From Octopus sinensis (Eukaryota), in the NCBI RefSeq assembly GCF_006345805.1, contig NC_043017.1, positions 21,142,001-21,206,000 of the forward strand: DNA of 64,000 nucleotides. Reading direction: 5' to 3'. Made by a program: the position numbers and the translations under genes. Shown here piece after piece: positions 51,701 through 62,269 of this stretch; position 1 is the first letter of the stretch; each line of letters starts with the position of its first letter. The notes beneath the pieces were generated by a model. That model was given only the letters and a program-made list of their open reading frames with translations. It searched no databases and was not told the origin of the DNA.

Positions 51701-54010
51701 CTTTCAAGTGTTGGGCCTCAAGGAGGCAAAATGGCTGAGTTCCTTTCAAGTGTTGCGCCTCAAGGAGGCAAAATGGCTGAGTTCCTTTCAAGTGTTGCGC
51801 CTCAAGGAGGCAAAATGGCTGAGTTCCTTTCAAGTGTTGCGCCTCAAGGAGGCAAAATGGCTGAGTTCCTTTCAAGTGTTGGGCCTCAAGGAGGCAAAAT
51901 GGCTGAGTTCCTTTCAAGTGTTGCGCCTCAAGGAGGCAAAATGGCTGAGTTCCTTTCAAGTGTTGCGCCTCAAGGAGGCAAAATGGCTGAGTTCCTTTCA
52001 AGTGTTGGGCCTCAAGGAGGCAAAATGGCTGAGTTCCTTTCAAGTGTTGGGCCTCAAGGAGGCAAAATGGCTGAGTTCCTTTCAAGTGTTGCGCCTCAAG
52101 GAGGCAAAATGGCTGAGTTCCTTTCAAGTGTTGGGCCTCAAGGAGGCAAAATGGCTGAGTTCCTTTCAAGTGTTGGGCCTCAAGGAGGCAAAATGGCTGA
52201 GTTCCTTTCAAGTGTTGGGCCTCAAGGAGGCAAAATGGCTGAGTTCCTTTCAAGTGTTGGGCCTCAAGGAGGCAAAATGGCTGAGTTCCTTTCAAGTGTT
52301 GGGCCTCAAGGAGGCAAAATGGCTGAGTTCCTTTCAAGTGTTGCGCCTCAAGGAGGCAAATGGCTGAGTTCCTTTCAAGTGTTGCGCCTCAAGGAGGCAA
52401 AATGGCTGAGTTCCTTTCAAGTGTTGGGCCTCAAGGAGGCAAAATGGCTGAGTTCCTTTCAAGTGTTGCGCCTCAAGGAGGCAAAATGGCTGAGTTCCTT
52501 TCAAGTGTTGGGCCTCAAGGAGGCAAAATGGCTGAGTTCCTTTCAAGTGTTGGGCCTCAAGGAGGCAAAATGGCTGAGTTCCTTTCAAGTGTTGGGCCTC
52601 AAGGAGGCAAAATGGCTGAGTTCCTTTCAAGTGTTGGGCCTCAAGGAGGCAAAATGGCTGAGTTCCTTTCAAGTGTTGGGCCTCAAGGAGGCAAAATGGC
52701 TGAGTTCCTTTCAAGTGTTGGGCCTCAAGGAGGCAAAATGGCTGAGTTCCTTTCAAGTGTTGCGCCTCAAGGAGGCAAAATGGCTGAGTTCCTTTCAAGT
52801 GTTGGGCCTCAAGGAGGCAAAATGGCTGAGTTCCTTTCAAGTGTTGGGCCTCAAGGAGGCAAAATGGCTGAGTTCCTTTCAAGTGTTGCGCCTCAAGGAG
52901 GCAAAATGGCTGAGTTCCTTTCAAGTGTTGGGCCTCAAGGAGGCAAAATGGCTGAGTTCTTTTCAAGTGTTGGCCTCAAGGAGGCAAAATGGCTGAGTTC
53001 CTTTCAAGTGTTGGGCTCAAGGAGGCAAAATGGCTGAGTTCCTTTCAAGTGTTGGGCCTCAAGGAGGCAAAATGGCTGAGTTCCTTTCAAGTGTTGGGCC
53101 TCAAGGAGGCAAAATGGCTGAGTTCCTTTCAAGTGTTGGGCCTCAAGGAGGCAAAATGGCTGAGTTCCTTTCAAGTGTTGGGCCTCAAGGAGGCAAAATG
53201 GCTGAGTTCCTTTCAAGTGTTGGGCCTCAAGGAGGCAAAATGGCTGAGTTCCTTTCAAGTGTTGCGCCTCAAGGAGGCAAAATGGCTGAGTTCCTTTCAA
53301 GTGTTGGGCCTCAAGGAGGCAAGGTGGCTGAGTTCCTTTCAAGTGTTGGGCCTCAAGGAGGCAAAATGGCTGAGTTCCTTTCAAGTGTTGGGCCTCAAGG
53401 AGGCAAAATGGCTGAGTTCCTTTCAAGTGTTGGGCCTCAAGGAGGCAAAATGGCTGAGTTCCTTTCAAGTGTTGGGCCTCAAGGAGGCAAAATGGCTGAG
53501 TTCCTTTCAAGTGTTGGGCCTCAAGGAGGCAAAATGGCTGAGTTCCTTTCAAGTGTTGGGCCTCAAGGAGGCAAAATGGCTGAGTTCCTTTCAAGTGTTG
53601 CGCCTCAAGGAGGCAAAATGGCTGAGTTCCTTTCAAGTGTTGGGCCTCAAGGAGGCAAAATGGCTGAGTTCCTTTCAAGTGTTGGGCCTCAAGGAGGCAA
53701 AATGGCTGAGTTCCTTTCAAGTGTTGCGCCTCAAGGAGGCAAAATGGCTGAGTTCCTTTCAAGTGTTGGGCCTCAAGGAGGCAAATGGCTGAGTTCCTTT
53801 CAAGTGTTGGGCCTCAAGGAGGCAAAATGGCTGAGTTCCTTTCAAGTGTTGCGCCTCAAGGAGGCAAAATGGCTGAGTTCCTTTCAAGTGTTGCGCCTCA
53901 AGGAGGCAAAATGGCCGAGTTCCTTTCAAGTGTTGGGCCTCAAGGAGGCAAGGTGGCTGAGTTCCTTTCAAACATTGGGCCTCACGGAGGCAAGGTGACT
54001 GAGTTCCTTT
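42793..54010. repeat. 42-bp tandem satellite/minisatellite, about 267 units
   Basis: Unit GGAGGCAAAATGGCTGAGTTCCTTTCAAGTGTTG[G/C/T]GCCTCAA repeated head-to-tail with no spacers; terminal units diverged. Confidence 0.98.
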
Positions 54011-54613
54011 TGAGAACAATACCAGAATGTACAAATTAAACTACAAAACGAAAAGAAAACAGAACAAATTTGCAGTTTCACTTTGTATTTCTATATTTTG
54101 GGGTGAAGACACCTTCTTCAGGACATCCAGAATAACAGTAGTTGAAAAAGGTTGCTGTTCTTCAAAGTTATCCCTCACAATGCTTCACCAAAACTACCCC
54201 ATTTTAATATATAGATTCAGATGAATATGGTACTTAAGTTGAGGCCCCAAAATTTACTATACAATTTACTATACAATTTCAAAATAAAATGATTAAAATC
54301 AAAATAAGCAACAAGGATGTCCAGAGGTAATGCAGTACGATCGTTTCAAGCAACTCCATTTAATTGAACAATGCAACCTAAGGCCGCTTCTTGTTCTCTC
54401 GGCTTTAGGTATACAAAGATTTGATAAAACTAGTCTATAAATTAAAAGTCACCCCATAAAACAGTGACAAGCAAAATCTGTAACAAGTCTTTCTTCCTGA
54501 TACCTTAGTAACTTCTAAGCTGAAGTGAAGGCCTCATGTTCTTTGTCTATCTCCTTACATTCTTGGAGATTTTAGGTAAAATTATACTAATGTGTCCATC
54601 TGAGACATATATA

Positions 54614-54645
<32 letters not shown>

Positions 54646-54654
54646 TCTAAATAC

Positions 54655-54703
54655 TCACAATTGTCTGATGAGCACTTATGTGAAACTCTGAATAACAGTG
54701 TGA
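54655..54703 (+). ncRNA. Degenerate type I hammerhead-like motif
   Basis: tcacaattgt CTGATGA gca-ctta-tgt GAA actc-t-gaat A acagtgtga; stem III has one mismatch, stem II is weak. Confidence 0.4.
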
Positions 54704-54849
54704 ATTTTTTTCTTTCAGCTTCAATAAAATAATACCCTGCTCTACCTTTGGTACTCAAGTACAATTGTCTCCACCTTGTTTTGCACCTATGTGCTACATG
54801 TGTGTGAGTATCATGATACACACACACACACACATATACAATGCTAATA

Positions 54850-54896
<47 letters not shown>

Positions 54897-54897
<1 letters not shown>

Positions 54898-55100
54898 TGG
54901 GTGAATCATTAATTAGCAAAATTGCCTTTTTTTTGGTCTCAAACTGGCAGGGAAATTAGAGTTGTTTCACACTTCACTGGTCGTGGTCTCCCTCTGGTCA
55001 CCACGAGTCCACTCTGTTCAATCATTCGAGCCAGCAGTTCTCTGATATGAAGGTAACCTCAACCATTGTGCCTTCACCAACCTTGGAGGCCTTGCAAATT
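54897..55100 (+). mobile_element. Possible 5' end of a Tc1/mariner-like element
   Basis: GGTGAATCATTAATTAGCAAAATTG...GGTCTCAAACTGGCAGGG resembles cephalopod mariner 5' ends (from memory); no ORF or second TIR seen. Confidence 0.3.
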
Positions 55101-55224
55101 GTTATGGCTTTTGCTCTCTCTCTCTCTCTCTCTTTCCTGTTATGACTCAACCACTAATATATAGAAAAAGATGATCTGTTTTCTCTCTCTTTCTCTCTCT
55201 CTCATGGCCACATGCACACACACA

Positions 55225-55351
55225 CACACCACACACACACATTCTTCAGTTTCTGTTTTATTAACTCTACCCATCCCCACACACACAAAGTGTTACTGTT
55301 TATCTCTCTGATGCACATAATTTTCTATCTCACTTTCTTTCTCTCTTTCTT

Positions 55352-55384
<33 letters not shown>

Positions 55385-55486
55385 TATGCACAAACCTACA
55401 CGGATATCTATCTACCAATAAATCTGTCTATCTACCTACCTACCCACCTACCTACCTACCTGTCTGTCTGTCTGTCAGTCAGTCAG

Positions 55487-55530
<44 letters not shown>

Positions 55531-56087
55531 CCCCTCTCTGTCTCACACACACACACACAGTTACCTGTCTGTCTGTCTGTCTGTCTCTCTCTCCCTCTCT
55601 CTCTGACACACAACCATCTTCTTTCTCATTCTCTCTGACGAAGATAGCCCCCAGGTACAGAAAGTATTAACTCTCTCAGACTTTACAATCAACATCAACC
55701 AAACAGGGAATTTCGGTTTCAAATTACATTCCTTCCAAGTGCTTTGGAGTCTTTTTTTCCCCTTTTTCTTTTGCTCTTGTTTTTGTCCTTTTGTTATCCT
55801 TTTTCCTTTACCTTTTCTTTGGGAATCTTTTGGAATCTGAAAATTTATCATATTGAGTTTAGAAAACCAATCACTTGAACACACGAGGCCTTCTCCCACA
55901 CATACATGCATACACTGCCTCTCTCTCTCTCTCTTTTCATTTCTGCTGCACACACACACACAACACACACACACACATTCTTCAGTTTCTGTTTTATTAA
56001 CTCTACCCATCCCCACACACACAAAGTGTTACTGTTTATCTCTCTGATGCACATAATTTTCTATCTCACTTTCTTTCTCTCTTTCTT

Positions 56088-56122
<35 letters not shown>

Positions 56123-56226
56123 TATGCACAAACCTACACGGATATCTATCTACCAATAAATCTGTCTATCTACCTACCTACCTACCTACCTACCTGTCTG
56201 TCTGTCTGTCTGTCAGTCAGTCAGAG

Positions 56227-56258
<32 letters not shown>

Positions 56259-56301
56259 CTCTGTCCCCCTCTCTGTCTCACACACACACACACACAGTTA
56301 C

Positions 56302-56347
<46 letters not shown>

Positions 56348-56708
56348 GACACACAACCATCTTCTTTCTCATTCTCTCTGACGAAGATAGCCCCCAGGTA
56401 CAGAAAGTATTAACTCTCTCAGACTTTACAATCAACATCAACCAAACAGGGAATTTCGGTTTCAAATTACATTCCTTCCAAGTGCTTTGGAGTCTTTTTT
56501 TCCCCTTTTTCTTTTGCTCTTGTTTTTGTCCTTTTGTTATCCTTTTTCCTTTACCTTTTCTTTGGGAATCTTTTGGAATCTGAAAATTTATCATATTGAG
56601 TTTAGAAAACCAATCACTTGAACACACGAGGCCTTCTCCCACACATACATGCATACACTGCCTCTCTCTCTCTCTCTTTTCATTTCTGCTGCACACACAC
56701 ACACACAC
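55225..56708. repeat. About 740-bp direct tandem duplication (2 copies)
   Basis: ATTCTTCAGTTTCTG at 55241 and 55977; unique segments identical, differences confined to microsatellite lengths. Confidence 0.9.
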
Positions 56709-56716
56709 ATCCGGCT

Positions 56717-56751
<35 letters not shown>

Positions 56752-57254
56752 GTTTCACTGTCACACATACACACAGACATATAGACACAAATATATACAT
56801 ACACACCTTCTCGGACAATTACAGCCGCATACACCCTCTCATATAAACATACATAAACACACACACTACATCTTTTTCCCATACACACACACACACACCA
56901 TCTCTATTACTCATACATCCTGTCTCTATCTCACTCACACTCACACACACATACAGCTTCTCTCTATCACGCATACACTTAACCTCACTTTATCTTACAC
57001 ACACCCTCTCTCTATTTCACATACACACACACACACAAATTCCATCATATATACACCATATCTCTATTTGTCTCATACACTCATACTGCCTCCCATATGC
57101 TCTCCCTGTCTTTCTTTCACACACACACACACACATGCAGTAAGGGGACTTCTATATAGTTGCCTGCCTTGCTAGAAACATCAGTCAAATCCTTTTCATT
57201 ACACCCAGCCAGCTTTCAGAAACAAAATCGATAGATCTGATACAGTAAATCCAT

Positions 57255-57422
57255 ATAGGAGCAAATGCAGCTGCGTGGTTAGAAGCTTGCTTCTCAACCA
57301 CGTGGTTCCAGGTTCAGTCCCACTGCACAGCACCTCAAGCAAGTGTCTTCTACTATAACCCAACCAAGTCCTCAAAGCCTTTTGAGTGGATATGATAGAT
57401 GGAAACTGAAAGAATCCTATTG
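57255..57422 (-). mobile_element. SINE family A
   Basis: CCACGTGGTTCCAGGTTCAGTCCC...AAGTGTCTTCTACTATA...GATGGAAACTGAAAGAA; note that this head reads on the + strand. Confidence 0.3.
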
Positions 57423-57659
57423 TACACACACACATAGACATGTAAATGTCAAATGATGAGAATGAGTGCTCAACACCACATAGAGGGATAGAATTTTTTT
57501 TATTTGTGAATTAAGGCTATCATTGGTTTCATGTAAAGTAAAATAGGGAACTATCAATATCTTAACAATTTTTCAAGCCAATCACACGGTGGAATGGTGT
57601 TTACCTCTATTTTGGATAAAAACAAAGTTTTGCTGTATATGTGCGTGTATCCTTGTATA

Positions 57660-57860
57660 TGTCCCCTGCCACCACTTGCAACTGGTGTTGGTGTGTTTAC
57701 GTCCCTGTAACTTAGCAGCTCAGTAAAAGGAGACCGATAGAATAAGTATCAGGTTTAAAAACCAAAAGAGGACTGGGGCCAATTCACTGGACTAAAACTT
57801 CTTCAAGGCAGTGCCCCAGCATGGCCGCAGTTTGATGACTGAAACAGGTAAAAGACAAAA
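57660..57860 (+). mobile_element. Family A tail module
   Basis: GGTGTGTTTACGTCCCTGTAACTTAGC...CCCAGCATGGCCGCAG...GACTGAAACAGG. Confidence 0.75.
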
Positions 57861-58164
57861 AATGGAAGATACTCCCAAAGGACCCTAAACAAGTCCCTAG
57901 CTACAAACACTCTGGTGCACTCCTTTCCACAAAACCAAAATCTTCACTTGTGGCACTATAAGACTATTAAGACACTTCAGTTTTTGACATCACAAAATAC
58001 TTTTTATTTTCTTCATTTTTAATGAATTCTTCTTTTTCACTTTTCTTTATCAAACTTTAGAAGCGAAAAAAAATGAAAATGGAAAACCGCATTTCAGGTA
58101 ATGCCACTAGGTATTGTGCTTGTTTATTAGTAAATAAAGACCCCTACTTGCACCTACAAAGTTA

Positions 58165-59212
58165 ACATCAGAGGTACAAGTCTGAGCAAGATTGTTTATG
58201 GAAGACCAGCAGTTGCCCATGCATACCAGCCACCCCTCTTGACACCATTATATGTACATAGGGTAAAAGATAAAGACCCTTTTTGGTCACCAAGAAAGTT
58301 CCCCTCTGATGCACAAATCTGGGCAAGGTTGTTTGCAGATGATCAGCAGTTGTCCATGCATACCAGTCTCCCCTCTCCATGCCATTATATGTATACAGAG
58401 TAAAGAGTAAAGACCCCCTTCGATCATGAATGATCATGGTATTGCACCCAGAAAGTTGCCCTCCAAGGCACAAATCGGGGCAAGGATGTTTGCAGATGAT
58501 CAGCAGTTGTCCATGCATACCAGTCTCCCCTCTCCATGCCATTATATGTATACAGAGTAAAGAGTAAAGACCCCCTTCGATCATGAATGATCATGGTATT
58601 GCACCCAGAAAGTTGCCCTCCAAGGCACAAATCGGGGCAAGGATGTTTGCAGATGATCAGCAGTTGTCCATGCATACCAGTCTCCCCTCTCCATGCCATT
58701 ATATGTATACAGAGTAAAGAGTAAAGACCCCCTTCGATCATGAATGATCATGGTATTGCACCCAGAAAGTTGCCCTCCAAGGCACAAATCGGGGCAAGGA
58801 TGTTTATGGAGGCTAGCAGTTACCCATGCAAACCAGCCTTCCTTCTCCATGCCATTATATGTACATAGCGTGAAGGATAAAGATCCCTTTCGGTCATGAA
58901 TGACCATGGGATTGCACCAAGAAAGTTTCCTCCCGAGGCATAAGTCCGGGCAAGGTTGTTTATGGAAGACCAGCAGTCGCCCATGCATACCAGCCTCTCC
59001 TCTCCATGCCACCAGTGTTATCCAAGGGAAAGGTAAGGGCTGATACAGCTTGGTACCAGTGACATGGCAACTCATTTCTACAGCTGAGTGAACTGGAGCA
59101 ACATGAGATAAAGAATCCTGCTCAAGAACAAAACAGACAGTCCAGTCCGGGAATTGAACTCACTACCTCATGATTGTGAGTCTGATGCTCTAACCACAGA
59201 GTCACATGCCTT
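58165..59212 (-). mobile_element. Family C CORE-type SINE whose 3' part is tandemly amplified (157-bp period, about 5.5 units)
   Basis: tRNA-like head at 59150-59210 on minus strand; CGATCATGAATGATC recurs at 58421, 58578 and 58735, with CGGTCATGAATGACC at 58891. Confidence 0.85.
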
Positions 59213-59214
59213 CA

Positions 59215-59405
59215 TGTTAGTAAAAATGCTTAGTGGCATTTTGTTTATCTTTACATTCTGGGTTCAAATTCTGCTAAGGTTAACCTGGCTTTTCACCCTT
59301 CTAGGGACAATAAAATAAGTAACAGTTGAGCATCAGGGTCAATGTAATCGACTTACCCCACCTGCTCCCCAAATTGCTGGCCTAGTGCCAAAAGTTGAAA
59401 TCAGC
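59215..59405 (+). mobile_element. SINE family B (head truncated)
   Basis: AAATGCTTAGTGGCATTT...GGGTTCAAATTC...CTTTTCACCCTT...AATAAGTAACAGTTGAG. Confidence 0.75.
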
Positions 59406-59644
59406 ATCGTTATTGCTATTAATCCTGTTGTTTTATTATTTTTATGATTACTATTGTTATTGTTGTTATTATTAACATTATTGTTATCGATGATTCTAAG
59501 GTTTTTGTTGTTGCCAGTACCACAATGGTGATGATGATGATGATGGTAGTGGTGGTGGTGGTGATGATGATGACGATGATTGTGGTGATGATGATGATGA
59601 TAATATGTTTATTATTATTATTATTATTATTATCATCATTATTA

Positions 59645-59678
<34 letters not shown>

Positions 59679-60139
59679 GTTTTCTGAATTCTCAGTTGTT
59701 AACACAAGAAGAATCTAAGAATCCCTTCACACGCCGGCAAATAATTTCCATGATAGAAACAGGAAACGAATTGTTTCACGAAGGAATTGGCAGATTTCGA
59801 AGTTAATAAACAGAAAATAAAAAAGAAAAAAAAAGAAAAAAAGAAAGGAAACGAATTAAAATAAAACAAAATAAAACAACAAGACAACTCTAACCAATGG
59901 CGTTGACTTGAATGCCTGTCTCCTTCCTTAGATAGTCATACATTTGACAGAGAAAAACATGATCAGATGAGCCAAAACAAAAAAAACAAAAAAAAAAACT
60001 AAAAGAAAAAAGCATAATAATGTCTGTTTTGTATTTTTGCTGTTTACGAAAATTGATTTGAAGTAGAAATAAACCTCTGGAAGGAAGGAAAATGATTTTG
60101 TTTTGATTCTTGGATTGGTTGAGTTTTGTTAGAGTGTAG

Positions 60140-60900
60140 GCAAAGAAATATGCCTCGGGGCTATTTCATTTGGATTTTTATGATCCGAGTTCAAATACAG
60201 CATGGGTTGACTTTGTCTTTTGTCCCTTTGGAGGATTGATAAAATTAAAATAGCAGTCGAGTACTGGGGTTGATAAAATAAAGTACCAATCAAGTGCTGG
60301 GAGTGAAGGAATAAAGTACCAGTTAAGTACTAGAGAGATGAAACAGAGTACCGGTCACATATGTTATTGATAACATAGAGTACTGGGCTGATAAAAGTAC
60401 GTGGGTTGATAAAAGTACACGGGTTGATAAAATTTAATAGTCAAGTACGGGTGGGTGGAGGATAAAATAAAATACCAGTCAAGTACTGGGGGTATAAAAC
60501 AGAGTACCAATCACATATGTGGTTGATAACATAGAATACTAATCAAATGCTGGGGGTGACGGAATAGAGTACCAGTTAAGTGTTGGGAGAGATAAACAGA
60601 GCAGCAGTGAAGTACTGGGGGAGATAAAATAGAGTACCAGTCACATATATTATTGATAAAATAGAGTACCAGTGAAGTACTTGGGCTGATAGAATTGAGT
60701 ATAGTCAAGTACAGTGGGGTAATAAAACAGAGTACTAGTCATGTATGTTTTTGATAACATAGAGTACCAGTCAAGTACTGGGGTTGATAAAAGAAATAAA
60801 GTACCAATGATGTACTGGGGTTATGAAATGAAATAGAGGGTGATTAATCCCCTCCCCTCAAAATAGTTGGTGCTGTACCTTAGTTGGAAGCCATTAGAAG
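60140..60900 (+). mobile_element. Family B SINE with an internal about 31-bp minisatellite expansion (60250-60830)
   Basis: GAGTTCAAAT...GGGTTGACTTTGTCTTTTGTCCC start; about 19 degenerate GATAAAATAGAGTACCAGTCAAGTACTGGGG units; family B tail resumes afterwards. Confidence 0.75.
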
Positions 60901-61189
60901 CAGAAGATTGATAGATTCATTGGAGCATCGGACAAAATGCTTTGTGATTTTACTTCAGACTCTTAATGTTCTGAGATCAACCATCACAACCAATATAAGC
61001 AATAACACCATCACCACCACCATCACCATCATCATCACCACCATCCCCTCTACCATCATGATCGCCACCACCACCATCTACTCACCATCACTACTATAAA
61101 GAGGGTGAGGTGAGGTGGTGTTTGAGCAAGGAGAGCAATGAACAAAGAAGAAGAGGGTGAAAACAAAGGGAAAAGACCACAATGTTGAG

Positions 61190-62030
61190 TGATGACTGAG
61201 AGAGACAGAGAGAAGGGTGAAGAGAGAGGGAGAAAGAGAGAGAAGAAGAGAGAAGGAGGAGAGATAGGGAGAGATGGGAGAGCAAGAGAAAAAGGGAAAC
61301 AGAGAGAAGAGAGTGAGGAGAGAGAGAGAGAAAGAATATAGAGATATTAGAGAGCAAGGAAGAGAGAGTACAGTTAGAGATAGAGAGAGAGAAAGAGAGA
61401 GGGGATGAGGGAGAAAGTGGAGGAGAAAAAAGAGAGAGAATGGGAGACATAGAGAGAGTGGGAGAGAGGGAAATAGAGAGGAGAGAGGAAGAGGGGAGAT
61501 AGAGAGGATAGTTAGAGAGACAGAGAGAGAGAGAACAAAGAATACAGTGATAGAGGGAGAGAATGAGGAGAGAGAAATGTGATAGATAGGGTAGAGAGAG
61601 AGAGGGGATAGACAGAGAGAGAACAGAGAGAGAAAGGATTGATATAGAGGAGAGACAATACTGAGAGAGAGAGAGAATGGAGAGAGAGAGAATGAGGAGA
61701 GAGAAAAATGAGAGAGAGGATAAATAGAGAGAGAGGAAAGACAGAGAGAGGGGATATATTGAGAGGAGAGAGAAAGAGGAAAGAGAAAGAGGAGAGGCAA
61801 TATTGAGAGAGAGAGAGAATGGGGAGAGAGAGAATGAGGAGAGAGAAAAGTGAGAGAGAGGATAAATAGAGAGAGAGAGGAAAGACAGAGATAAAGAGGA
61901 GATACATTACTGAGAGAGAGGGAAAACAGAGAAAGAGAGAATGGGAGAGAGAGAAGATAGGTAGATATAAAGAAGAAAGAAATGGAGAGAGTGAGAGAGT
62001 AGGAGAGGGAGAGAGGGAGAGAGAAGGCAG
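61190..62030. repeat. (GA)n purine-rich tract with internal block repeats
   Basis: Direct reading. Confidence 0.9.
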
Positions 62031-62269
62031 GCAATTGTGTCTCCTCTGTGGATCTACTTGGTCTGCCTCAGGCCATAGATCTCGATTGATTTGACTGAAA
62101 TCACTCTCTTTAATCACCAATTCTCTTTGACTAGATTTATTTTGACTCCAAACTTTTGCAGATTCCTCACAGCTTTTGTGGCAGTGAAAAATTTGGTAAC
62201 AGAATCAAAGAAATAATATCAGCTGTGTATGATGGATGTGGAGATTAGCTGAGCTGGTGCTTTTTATAT

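Noticed and set aside
42793-54010. CRISPR array (palindromic repeat of CRISPR-like size)
   Set aside because: Units abut directly with no unique spacers, there are no cas genes, and the context is eukaryotic.
42802-54039. Long ORFs of up to 701 aa with 14-aa repeats (MAEFLSSVGPQGGK, WLSSFQVLGLKEAK, KGTQPFCLLEAQHL)
   Set aside because: A 42-bp unit is a multiple of three and is stop-free in several frames on both strands, so long ORFs are automatic; the ORFs hop between frames at indels and have no unique domain.
55631-55680. Hammerhead candidate CTGACGA...GAAAGTATTAACTC (duplicated near 56378)
   Set aside because: Stem III is plausible, but stem II does not pair and stem I strands (ctct/tctc) are not complementary.
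59100-59212. Functional tRNA genes at SINE heads (also about 10080-10145, 16865-16925, 27600-27645)
   Set aside because: They have A/B-box-like motifs but no complete cloverleaf or acceptor stem, and they run into SINE bodies.
59888-59945. Minus-strand mini-exon MYDYLRKETGIQVNAIG with a GTTAGA donor
   Set aside because: No upstream acceptor or promoter evidence, no compatible downstream exon and no recognised homology.
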